64,000 nt of DNA from Nitrososphaerota archaeon. GTDB lineage: Archaea; Thermoproteota; Nitrososphaeria_A; Caldarchaeales; Calditenuaceae. Of this stretch, positions 20,864 through 29,905 are shown piece after piece (position 1 is the stretch's first letter; every line of letters starts with the position of its first letter). Under the pieces are notes generated by a model that was given only the letters and a program-made list of their open reading frames with translations, ran no database searches and had not been told where the DNA came from. The DNA lies in assembly GCA_038845265.1 (NCBI GenBank), contig JAWBQR010000007.1:30278-94277 (forward strand), written 5' to 3'. A program made the translations under genes and the position numbers.

Positions 20864-23800
20864 ATGGATAATCATATCTCAGCAGTAATGCGGGCATCCA
20901 CGCCGCTGGAGCTCTCAAAGTACTATGAATACATCACCTCTAGGGTGAAGGAGGAGTATGAACTGGCCTCTAGGGTCAGGGCTGAGACGGGCTCCCCTGT
21001 CCCTGTAGTTGAGGTCTCGCTTCCATCCGATATGGCTGAGAGGGTCGAGGTTCTAGTAGGGCCTCGCGGCGTAGCCTCCCTGATAAGGGACCTCCTCGAG
21101 AAGTGCGATGAGGACATACTGCCATTCAGGTTAGCGGAGACACTGCTGAAGAGGTATGATAGAATCAATGACGATGCCCTAAGCCAGGTCTTGAAGGTCT
21201 CATTGGCTGTCATGACTCCTCCATGCATAACGGCTGCTCCAACCGAAGGCATCACAGGAGTAAAGATAAAGAAAAACAATGACGGCTCAAATTATCTTGC
21301 CGTTTATTTTGCTGGGCCTATTAGGTCGGCTGGCGGAACCGAGATTGCTGGCGCGGTGGTGCTTGCGGACTACATCAGGCGGCTCGCCGGCATCAGTAAG
21401 TATCAGCCGACAGACCAGGAGGTAAGGAGATACATCGAGGAGCTTAGGGTGTACCGAAGAAAGGTTGGGCGCTTCCAGTACAATGTCCCGGACGAGATAG
21501 TTGAGTTTGTCTTGAGAAGACTGCCCATCGAGATTACAGGGGTCGCTACAGACCCGATACCTGTGCCTGCGTATAAGGACTTACCGAGGGTCGAGACGCC
21601 CTATCTGAGGGGAGGAGCCCTGAGGGTGCTGAACGACGGAGTAATAGGCAGGGCCAAGAAGGTCCTAAAGATAGTCAAGGTCAGCGGGCTGGATGGCTGG
21701 GAGTGGCTTGAGGAGGTTGCCGCCAAGCTCAGCGAGGCCAAGTCAACTGGAAAAAACACTGGCCTAGACGACGTTGTTGGAGGCAGGCCGGTCCTCTCAA
21801 CTCCAGGGAGATTTGGAGGATTCAGAATAAGGTATGGCAGGGCACCGACGACATCGATGGCGGCGCTAGGAATTCATCCATACACTATGAGACTCATGGA
21901 GAACTTCGTTGTAGCTGGAACACAGCTGAGGATTGATTATCCCGGGAAGGGAGGAATAGCGGTGCCGGTCAGTAGCATCGAGCCCCCCGTCGTCATATTT
22001 AGAGACGGCTCAGTCATGAGAATAGACAATGAGGAAAAACTCGCAGAGGCAGAGAGATCAGAGTACAAGATACTATTCAACGGAGACATACTCATAAGCT
22101 TTGGAGATTGTGTTGAGAATAATGTAAAGCTTCAGCCGCCGGGATACTGCGAGGAGTGGTGGATACAGGAGGCGCTGCTCGAAGAGTCTCGTAAAGGACG
22201 TCTCAGCGACGAGGACCGCAGGTGGCTTGAGAAGATTCGGAGAGACCCGTACCGTATCATTCCGCCAGTGGAGGTTGCATGTAGGATAAGCCATAAGCTC
22301 GGCGTACCGATTCATCCCAGATTCATGCCATTCTGGGACCGTATCTCTGGAAGGGAGATTGAGAGGCTCAGGAGGTGGCTTGCCTCAGCGATACCTAAAG
22401 CTAGGAAGGGCTGGGGCATGTTAATACTTGACTATGACCCAGAGGCGAAATCCATACTTGAGAAGATGCTGATAGAGCACTTAGTGCTTGACCACAAGAT
22501 AGCGCTTGACCTTCACTGGGTCAAGTCCCTTAACTTTCTGTTCAGACCATTCATCAGGGTAGACGTCTCCAAGTCATCCGTGCCTGAGTTGATTAGTTCT
22601 CTGTCTGGGACATCCTTCAGGCCTAGAATGGGTAGCACGGTCTCAGCGAGGGTGGGCAGGCCTGAGAAGGCTGGACAACGGAGAATGAAGCCGCCGGTTC
22701 ATGTACTCTTTCCAGTAGGGATGGCCGGTGGCCCCCAGAGAGACATAATCACCGCAGCAAATACTAGGTCAGTTGTCCTCGAACTCGTCAGGAGGGTGTG
22801 CCTAACATGCGGAGAGAAGACATGGATGAACAGATGCAAGCACTGTGGAAAACCAACAGCAATGATGGCGGAGTGCCCCAGATGTGGAGCAGAATACATC
22901 GAGCCCGAGCAGGAGAAGTGTCCAAGATGTGGAGAAGAACTGAAGAGGACTTGGAAACAGCTCGTCAACTTGAAGGAACTCTACGAAAATGAGCTCATGA
23001 AGGCATATGAGCCTCCACCCCGAGTCCTCAAGGGCGTAAGGGCATTAACTAATAAGTCAAAGCAGCCCGAAGAGCTCTTAAAGGGAATTCTTAGGGCAAA
23101 CCTGGGACTTTATGTCTACAAGGATGGGACGATAAGATTTGACGCCGTTAATGCGCCGTTGACACACTTTACTCCCTCACAGATAGGTGTAAGCCCAGAG
23201 AGGCTCAGGGAGCTAGGCTACGAGAGAGACATATTTGGACAACCACTCGTCTCGCCGCACCAGATATGCGAGCTCCGAATACAGGACATAGTCGTCCAGA
23301 GAAGAATGGCTGAACATCTCTTCAACGTCTCAAAATTCATAGATAAGTACCTCAAGATAAATGGCTTCGATGAGTACTACAAGCTCCAGAGCGTCGAGGA
23401 CGTTGTAGGAATAATGGTTGCAGTCTTGTCGCCCCACACCTATGGAGCCGTCGCCTGCAGGGTAATAGGAATCACGGATGCAAACGTCCTCTATGCCCAT
23501 CCATTACTTCACGCAGCTAAGAGGAGAGACTGTGACGGAGACGAAGACAGCGTAATGCTACTATTAGATGTCTTCATCAATTTTAGCAGAGAGTACCTCC
23601 CAGACAGGATAGGCGGAGCAATGGATTCCCCCCTCCTCCTGACAGTGAAGGTTTATCCCGAAGAAGTTGACGAGCAGGCCCATAACGTCGATACTGCTTG
23701 GATTTATCCACTGGAGTTTTATGAAGCCGCGTCAAGGAAGGAACCCGCGTCAAGACTGATAGGAGTCATTCCAATAATCAAGAATTATCTCAATTATCCT

Positions 23801-24298
23801 GAGTGCTATTTTGGATTTGCCTACACTGTGCCGACAGAAGATTTATCGACAAAGCCCCAGTCATCGGTTTACAAGAGGCTAAAAACAATGCTTGAGAAGG
23901 TCGAGGCGCAGTTAAGGCTCGCAGAGAAACTGGCGGCCGTGGATGAGAAGAGAGTTGCTGAACGCGTAATGGCCAGCCACATACTCCCAGACATCATGGG
24001 AAACATGAGGGCATTCTTCTCCCAATCCTTTAGATGTAAGAAATGTGGGGTCAGGGTGAGGAGGCCTCCGCTAAACGGTAAGTGCTACATTTGCGGAGGC
24101 GACGTTGTTCAGACCCTTTACCGAGGTGCAATCGAGAAATACGTAGAGCTTGCATCAGGGCTCCTAGAGAGATACATCGAGGACCCATACATTAGGGAAG
24201 GAGCATTGACTGCGATTGAGAACATCTACAGCGTCTTCAAGCCTAGGGGAGATAATCTCCAAGGCACTAGGCAGGCAACGCTTAAACGCTTCTTCTAG
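20864..24298 (+). CDS. polC: DNA polymerase D large subunit DP2
   Basis: AGPIRSAGGT, GGFRIRYGR, GRPEKA, AAKRRDCDGDEDS and zinc fingers; true start may be ATG 20888. Confidence 0.98.
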   Translation: MDNHISAVMRASTPLELSKYYEYITSRVKEEYELASRVRAETGSPVPVVEVSLPSDMAERVEVLVGPRGVASLIRDLLEKCDEDILPFRLAETLLKRYDRINDDALSQVLKVSLAVMTPPCITAAPTEGITGVKIKKNNDGSNYLAVYFAGPIRSAGGTEIAGAVVLADYIRRLAGISKYQPTDQEVRRYIEELRVYRRKVGRFQYNVPDEIVEFVLRRLPIEITGVATDPIPVPAYKDLPRVETPYLRGGALRVLNDGVIGRAKKVLKIVKVSGLDGWEWLEEVAAKLSEAKSTGKNTGLDDVVGGRPVLSTPGRFGGFRIRYGRAPTTSMAALGIHPYTMRLMENFVVAGTQLRIDYPGKGGIAVPVSSIEPPVVIFRDGSVMRIDNEEKLAEAERSEYKILFNGDILISFGDCVENNVKLQPPGYCEEWWIQEALLEESRKGRLSDEDRRWLEKIRRDPYRIIPPVEVACRISHKLGVPIHPRFMPFWDRISGREIERLRRWLASAIPKARKGWGMLILDYDPEAKSILEKMLIEHLVLDHKIALDLHWVKSLNFLFRPFIRVDVSKSSVPELISSLSGTSFRPRMGSTVSARVGRPEKAGQRRMKPPVHVLFPVGMAGGPQRDIITAANTRSVVLELVRRVCLTCGEKTWMNRCKHCGKPTAMMAECPRCGAEYIEPEQEKCPRCGEELKRTWKQLVNLKELYENELMKAYEPPPRVLKGVRALTNKSKQPEELLKGILRANLGLYVYKDGTIRFDAVNAPLTHFTPSQIGVSPERLRELGYERDIFGQPLVSPHQICELRIQDIVVQRRMAEHLFNVSKFIDKYLKINGFDEYYKLQSVEDVVGIMVAVLSPHTYGAVACRVIGITDANVLYAHPLLHAAKRRDCDGDEDSVMLLLDVFINFSREYLPDRIGGAMDSPLLLTVKVYPEEVDEQAHNVDTAWIYPLEFYEAASRKEPASRLIGVIPIIKNYLNYPECYFGFAYTVPTEDLSTKPQSSVYKRLKTMLEKVEAQLRLAEKLAAVDEKRVAERVMASHILPDIMGNMRAFFSQSFRCKKCGVRVRRPPLNGKCYICGGDVVQTLYRGAIEKYVELASGLLERYIEDPYIREGALTAIENIYSVFKPRGDNLQGTRQATLKRFF

Positions 24299-25100
24299 AT
24301 GCTTGACGGTTCGCCGCTACTTCCTTAGCAGCTTTAATTATTCTTCCAAGATCATCTATGCATCTCTCAGCTAGCGTTCCTGTGACTATCATATCGGCTC
24401 CCGCCTCAACTATTGTTCGAGCCTGCTCCGGAGTCCTGATGCCTCCGCCGACTATTAATGGAACATTGATGAGACTTTTCACAATTGATACTCCTTCGGG
24501 TGGCACTGGAGAGGCGGCTCCCGAGCCTGCCTCAAGGTATACAAGTCTCATTCCTAAGTATTGTGCGGCGAGTGCATATGAGGCTGCTATTAGTGGCTTA
24601 CTGGCCGGGAGCGGAAAGACTCTGCCCATTACTGCTACAGATGTGTCTGAGCCGAAGACTATGTATCCCATCGGTATTGCCTCAAGTCCATACTCCTTGA
24701 CGAGGAGCGATCCATGAATCTGAGCTCCAAGTATAAACCACCACTCAAGCGAGTTTAGTAAGGACATAAAGAAAATAGCATCTGCATGCTTACTTATCGC
24801 GTTGACGTTATTCGGAAAAATTATCACGGGCAGCGATGTATTCTCCTTTATCGTCTTGATTGATTCGTCGAAACGCTCATGCGAATATACAGTAGAGCCT
24901 CCGACCATGAATGCATCCGTTCCCTGACCCTCCGCCATGCTTGCAAGCCTTGCGAGCTCCTCTAACTTCTGGTTCTCAGGGTCGAAGAGGGTCAGGTGGA
25001 CGCATCCATCAGACTCTAGTCGCTCAAGTAGGTAACGCTCAGTCCTGCCGAGGCGGAGATGTTTAAACGCCTTAAACGAGGCCTCGGCGTTGCCTCGCAT
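24282..25100 (-). CDS. geranylgeranylglyceryl phosphate synthase
   Basis: HLTLFDP, MVGGST, YLEAGSGA, VGGGIR, IVTG. Confidence 0.93.
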   Translation of the reverse strand: MRGNAEASFKAFKHLRLGRTERYLLERLESDGCVHLTLFDPENQKLEELARLASMAEGQGTDAFMVGGSTVYSHERFDESIKTIKENTSLPVIIFPNNVNAISKHADAIFFMSLLNSLEWWFILGAQIHGSLLVKEYGLEAIPMGYIVFGSDTSVAVMGRVFPLPASKPLIAASYALAAQYLGMRLVYLEAGSGAASPVPPEGVSIVKSLINVPLIVGGGIRTPEQARTIVEAGADMIVTGTLAERCIDDLGRIIKAAKEVAANRQASRRSV

Positions 25101-25104
25101 CGCT

Positions 25105-25500
25105 CTATCCCTCGGAGGATTGCTTCTCAGGGTTCTGCATTGTGTCTTCTGCCTCCTCAGCTGTCTCTACTGGTTCTTGGGGCTGGCTCTCGGATTCTTC
25201 CTCAATGGGCTCTTCTGCTTCCTCAACAATCATAGCCATCTTTTCGATCTCTCTTCTAAGGTCCTCTGGGCTTCTTCTGCCCGTCACGACGTCGTACCAG
25301 ACGGAGTATGCATCTACCGGCATGTAGCTGCGGTACCATGGTACTTCGTGGCTTACTCCGCAGTTGCCGCACTTGACGACTGCGATGTTGCGTCTCTCGA
25401 CTGTTACTGTTACGGCTTGGGTATTGCATAGTGGGCAGAGGTATACCTTTGGATAGGGCCTAGCCTGCTTTTTAATAATCTTCCGTCTCTTCCTACCCAT
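25105..25500 (-). CDS. elf1: transcription elongation factor Elf1 homolog with acidic tail
   Basis: MGRKRRK...CPLC...CGNCG...PVDAYSVWYD. Confidence 0.88.
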   Translation of the reverse strand: MGRKRRKIIKKQARPYPKVYLCPLCNTQAVTVTVERRNIAVVKCGNCGVSHEVPWYRSYMPVDAYSVWYDVVTGRRSPEDLRREIEKMAMIVEEAEEPIEEESESQPQEPVETAEEAEDTMQNPEKQSSEG

Positions 25501-25599
25501 CTATCCCATCTCTCGGACTAGACGTTTGTGGTATATAAAAAACATGCACCTTTAATTCTGGAAAAGTTGAAATTGGTCCCCTAGCCTGGTGGTGATTGG

Positions 25600-26223
25600 T
25601 TGAGGATAATAGCCAGGCCGCCGGTCATCGGCGTCGTCATTCGGGACCATGCGTTGGCGATGAGGATAATAGATAATGCTCGCGAGCTTGGGTTTGAGAC
25701 GCATTGGGCCGTTAGTATCGATGAGCTACCGCTTACTGCTCGCTACGTCGTGCTGAGTAGGACCGATGGAGAGGCAGATACTCATGGAAGGACTCCTATC
25801 TATGTCGAGGATTATCCATCCATTGGATGCATGTTTCTTAACTTATTATCCAAGGAGCGGAGCGGGCAGGGACCGAGGAGAATCGAGGTCGCGATAGATC
25901 CTGGGAAAAACATCGGGCTGGCACTGGCGATCGACGAGGTCATCATAGGAGTCGAGACTCACGTATCAATCGAGTCCCTAGTCAGGAGAATTGACGAGTT
26001 TTTAAAATGCTTCGGCAGAGATAGAGGGGCAGCGATATATGTGGGAGAGTCTGGGGGAGAGATGGCGCATGAAATCGTCGAGAAGTTAAAGAAGAGATTC
26101 ATGAATGTAAGCATACTAATGATACCTGAGGAAGGCTCTAAGAAGACGGAGATCGGCATGAATCTTACAAAAGACGAGAAATCAGCCCTAGTGATTTACC
26201 AGAGAGCCAAATCCCAAGTATAG
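25600..26223 (+). CDS. hypothetical protein with C-terminal RNase H-like (YqgF-like) domain
   Basis: VAIDPGKNIGLA, IYVGE, PEEGS and DEKSALVI. Confidence 0.6.
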   Translation: MRIIARPPVIGVVIRDHALAMRIIDNARELGFETHWAVSIDELPLTARYVVLSRTDGEADTHGRTPIYVEDYPSIGCMFLNLLSKERSGQGPRRIEVAIDPGKNIGLALAIDEVIIGVETHVSIESLVRRIDEFLKCFGRDRGAAIYVGESGGEMAHEIVEKLKKRFMNVSILMIPEEGSKKTEIGMNLTKDEKSALVIYQRAKSQV

Positions 26224-26293
26224 CGGCAGAGCTTAATGAATGTTCTCGGCTCAAACTAATTAATAGATTTAGCTTGGTAATAATTAGTGACGT

Positions 26294-26367
26294 GCGGCCG
26301 TGGTCTAGCCAGGTATGACGCGGGGGCCCCGGCCCCGATGTCCCGGGTTCAAATCCCGGCGGCCGCA
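26294..26367 (+). tRNA. tRNA-Gly(CCC)-like gene with non-canonical anticodon loop
   Basis: Acceptor GCGGCCG/CGGCCGC-A, T-arm CCGGG-TTCAAAT-CCCGG, anticodon arm CGGGG-GCCCCGG-CCCCG. Confidence 0.75.
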
Positions 26368-26369
26368 CC

Positions 26370-27038
26370 TCATAGTATGTTAAAGCGGCTGAAGACTAGT
26401 AGTATCAGGAAGCTGACTAGGGGTACGGTTATGTTGTCGTCAAGCCACTTGTATTCGAACTTCTCGATGAGGGATGCAGCCACCCCGGATATCAGTCCGG
26501 GGATGCCTATGACGGCATATCCAACAGGTGCACAGATAATCATCATTGCTATGTTTCCCCACCAGGACTTTGTCCTCCTCTTATAGATCGAGTTTCTGAC
26601 GATTCCAGTAATGCCGTCTCCGAAGCTCATGAAGATTGTTGGCAACACTGCTAGCCAGATATTTCCGATCATGAAGCCGATTGTCATCACGACTCCCCAC
26701 ATGATTATGAAGTGGACTTCATACATGTTGTCCTCGACTTGGTACCAGTAAAATAGTTTATTCATTCTGTGCGGAAGGTAGTTCCCAATTGCTAGTATCG
26801 CCACCATCAGTATAAGGAGCAGTGGCCCCTGGAATATGTATGGAACTAGAACCGCTATCAGTCCGCCAGTCAGCATATGCAGAATCTTTCGATTATAGTA
26901 AACAGCCACTCGTTGAGGAAAACCCCTACTCAGGAAGTGGCTATATATTATTCTTGTCAAAAAATGAGAGACGAAAATCACCCAGAGAAAAAGTATAACC
27001 GCAAGAATAATCTCGCGTAGCTCAGGAATTAAAATCAT
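26370..27038 (-). CDS. dolichol/phytol kinase family membrane protein
   Basis: RKILHM, FGDGITGIV, KSWWG and DDNITVP motifs; start placed at ATG 27038. Confidence 0.85.
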   Translation of the reverse strand: MILIPELREIILAVILFLWVIFVSHFLTRIIYSHFLSRGFPQRVAVYYNRKILHMLTGGLIAVLVPYIFQGPLLLILMVAILAIGNYLPHRMNKLFYWYQVEDNMYEVHFIIMWGVVMTIGFMIGNIWLAVLPTIFMSFGDGITGIVRNSIYKRRTKSWWGNIAMMIICAPVGYAVIGIPGLISGVAASLIEKFEYKWLDDNITVPLVSFLILLVFSRFNIL

Positions 27039-27126
27039 GAGAGATGGATGAGTATTATTAAATTTAAGTCTTTTTAATCTAAAGAACAGTAGCAAGATAT
27101 AATAGATGTGTCGTTGTATTATTGTT

Positions 27127-27669
27127 ATGCCTGGAGACATATTGTTTGAGCCGGTCTCAAAATATGTTAGACGTGGCTTTATTGTGCTTGAAGAGTCAAG
27201 CAGAGTTGAGGATGCTGTGAGAGCCATGAGGGAAAACGGCTATGGAAGCATCATAGTTACTAGTGGGGGTCGGCCAGTCGGTATTCTTACCGAGAGGGAC
27301 GTTCTCTACCGAGTTGTAGCCGAGGGCAAAGACCCAAAAAATACTAGGATAGGCGAGGTCATGACGACTCCGCTGGTCACGGTCACTCCTGAGACAAAGG
27401 TAAGCGAGGCAATAGCACTAATGTCTAGTAAAGGCATCAGGAGGCTCGTCGTCACTTGTGGGGAAAAAATAATAGGAATCATCAGCTTAATGACGCTTGT
27501 CGGAGACTCCACTGGTAGGGCAATCCTTCTTCCAGAGATCGAAGTGGAGGAGAGGGTTAAGTGTCCATATTGCGGAGCAGTCTTTGGGACTGTTGGTGAG
27601 CTCTCAAGACACATAGACAGGATTCATATAGGGTTTGGTCTCCTTAGCGATGAGCGACTTAGGCATTAA
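27127..27669 (+). CDS. CBS-pair protein with C-terminal C2H2 zinc finger
   Basis: GILTERDVL, VMTTPLVTV; CPYC...HIDRIH. Confidence 0.9.
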   Translation: MPGDILFEPVSKYVRRGFIVLEESSRVEDAVRAMRENGYGSIIVTSGGRPVGILTERDVLYRVVAEGKDPKNTRIGEVMTTPLVTVTPETKVSEAIALMSSKGIRRLVVTCGEKIIGIISLMTLVGDSTGRAILLPEIEVEERVKCPYCGAVFGTVGELSRHIDRIHIGFGLLSDERLRH

Positions 27670-27911
27670 GAAGCATTATCAGTACTTGTAAGTCTTTCAA
27701 GCTGCTCTTTAAGCTTTATATTTTCTAATAAAAGTTCATCTACTTTGTTCTGAAGATTCTCAATACTACTCATTAGTCGCCGCTTTTCCTCCTCAAGAAT
27801 CACAAGCCTATTTGATAATTCTTGATTAATCTGCGTTATTGATATTAGTTTTTTCTTTATTTTTTCTGAGGCCTCAACAGGTAGTCCTGTTTCTCCATCA
27901 ATCCAGCTCAT
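27666..27911 (-). CDS. small coiled-coil protein, last gene of tail operon
   Basis: Heptad repeats; 5 nt downstream of the tail-tip gene. Confidence 0.6.
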   Translation of the reverse strand: MSWIDGETGLPVEASEKIKKKLISITQINQELSNRLVILEEEKRRLMSSIENLQNKVDELLLENIKLKEQLERLTSTDNAS

Positions 27912-27916
27912 ACCGT

Positions 27917-29905
27917 TTACACCAGCCCAATCATATCGATTATTGGTTTGCCTGAGAGGACTGTTATTATGCGTGCGGGGAAGTTGAAGTTTTGTGGCGC
28001 AATATATGAGTCCCCACTATTTTGAAGGTATATCATTGCTGATTTATGCTCATTTATCATTACTAAAGTATTGGCTTCTGTCGCCGTTACTCTTAATATG
28101 TACAACTCAGTGAAACCAAAATCTCTCGGCGTGACTGGATTCTTATTATAATATACATTGAATTGTGTAATTGCCCTCGTCGCTAATCCTGCACCCGCGG
28201 CCCATATCTCCCACCTGAGACTTGTCTCAAGTGGTATTCGTATGCGGGGAGCAGTGGCTGGGAGGACTACTATCTTTGTCTGTGAGGTCGCAGAACTAGT
28301 AGTGATTGGTATTGATAATGTATAGTTATCAAATCCCGCGAACTCCATGCTGCTTGACGTTTGAGCCATGACTAATAGTCCAAGTATCGTGACTGCGGGA
28401 GCCTCTATGTCTATCGCCGTCCTTGTGCCCTCATATATCTTTGTGTATTGTACGCCGTCTATCTTGAAGCTCAGGTCTGTCGCCGTGTTTATTGTCCATG
28501 TGTTTCCCGCGTCCGTGGAGGTTATGAAGTATTCGAGTAGGCCGGGTGGTGTGGTGCCTGTTCCTCCGTTTTGGACGCTGTATCTATTTGATGAGTCTCC
28601 GCCAATTGTGTAGGCCACGATGGCATATACAGTATCTGGCCTAAGCGCTACTGGTGTTGAGAGCGATACACTATACCATGCGGCCGATGTCCCGATAGAT
28701 GTTGATTGTCCACTCGCTAATACGGTTTCTCCTGGATAAATTCTCTTGGCATAAACTTTTAGAAATGTAGTTTTATCACTTGACTGCGTCCATCCATTTC
28801 CCTCGTTAATAAAAATTTTTGGTAAATCATTTTGATACCCAGCGCATATTTTGTAATAATTATCTGTGTCTCCCCCAGCCGCATGAAAAACTATGTAAAA
28901 TGTTTTTTTACTATGATAAACTTTACTATAACTAAATACAGCAGTTATCCATGACAAGGCGTTAGGTATATTTTCTGGCGCTATTGTTGTGTATGCAATT
29001 AATTCTCCGTCGGGTTCTCCGCCCCGTAGCTCGACGATTAGGCCGCCGGGGTTTCCAACACGGCAGGCAAGAAATTCTATTTTACCGATATCATAATAAG
29101 TAGTAAATGGCATAGCTATTTTTCTTGAGCCATAAACTTGTTCGGGCTCGCTTGCTATGTAGACTTGGCAGGCATAGTCTCCAGAACCTTGATTCCATCC
29201 AGAACCATAATACCATGAGCCAGGAATTACATCACTACTATTATACTTCAAAGCTTTACCGCTGGATAATTGAATTGTGAAGTAGTAGCTTGTGTTTGCA
29301 TCAAGTAGTGGCGGGTCTGATAAATCAATATAGCAATAATTAGTGCCGTCACTATTGATTGAGGCCTGGATTGGGCCGTAAATAACTGTCCCGCCTGGCC
29401 CGCCCGTCCTAATGGTGAACGTTGCGGTGTTAGCTCCACCGCCAATTATGAATCCATACCTAAATGGAACAAATTTTTTAGTATATATTATTTCTTGAGA
29501 AAATTGAGTATAACCTATGGTGGTTGCATTATTTGCAGACACGGAATAAACTGGAGTAAAACTAGTTTCTAATATCGGGTTATCATCGGTCACTAATTCT
29601 TTAATGTCCCGAACCTCGACGATAAGGGGATTCGGAGGCGAGCCAGCCTTTGCTCCATAGAGCTGGACAGCCGTGACCTTAAGTGCATTCTGAGGCGTAA
29701 TAAATACTTGACCAATCATATTAGCTCCGTAAACAGGATTAGATGTCCCCGTATTTGCATTCTGAATCAGTGTAGCCGGTGTAGTTGAGACGCTCCACGA
29801 CTTGGGAGTGTTGTCTGCGGTCTGCTCGCCCTCCACGGGGACTGCTTGGAGGTAGGGCCACCTAAGCGGCTGGCCCTCAAGCTCCGTATAGACTATCTGG
29901 CTCAT
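27917..29905 (-). CDS. tail tip / receptor-binding protein with repeated beta-sandwich domains
   Basis: Ser/Thr/Tyr/Gly-rich with three related domains; distal position in tail operon. Confidence 0.7.
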   Translation of the reverse strand: MSQIVYTELEGQPLRWPYLQAVPVEGEQTADNTPKSWSVSTTPATLIQNANTGTSNPVYGANMIGQVFITPQNALKVTAVQLYGAKAGSPPNPLIVEVRDIKELVTDDNPILETSFTPVYSVSANNATTIGYTQFSQEIIYTKKFVPFRYGFIIGGGANTATFTIRTGGPGGTVIYGPIQASINSDGTNYCYIDLSDPPLLDANTSYYFTIQLSSGKALKYNSSDVIPGSWYYGSGWNQGSGDYACQVYIASEPEQVYGSRKIAMPFTTYYDIGKIEFLACRVGNPGGLIVELRGGEPDGELIAYTTIAPENIPNALSWITAVFSYSKVYHSKKTFYIVFHAAGGDTDNYYKICAGYQNDLPKIFINEGNGWTQSSDKTTFLKVYAKRIYPGETVLASGQSTSIGTSAAWYSVSLSTPVALRPDTVYAIVAYTIGGDSSNRYSVQNGGTGTTPPGLLEYFITSTDAGNTWTINTATDLSFKIDGVQYTKIYEGTRTAIDIEAPAVTILGLLVMAQTSSSMEFAGFDNYTLSIPITTSSATSQTKIVVLPATAPRIRIPLETSLRWEIWAAGAGLATRAITQFNVYYNKNPVTPRDFGFTELYILRVTATEANTLVMINEHKSAMIYLQNSGDSYIAPQNFNFPARIITVLSGKPIIDMIGLV

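Noticed and set aside
20864-24298. Intein in DP2
   Set aside because: Length is ordinary, the catalytic region is uninterrupted and no splice-junction motifs were seen
26294-26367. tRNA-Gly-like gene as attachment site of a provirus
   Set aside because: No duplicated tRNA end was seen at block boundaries by eye, and host-type genes flank it on both sides; a repeat search would be needed to exclude it fully
27917-29905. Diversity-generating retroelement target
   Set aside because: No reverse transcriptase or template/variable repeat pair was seen in the window
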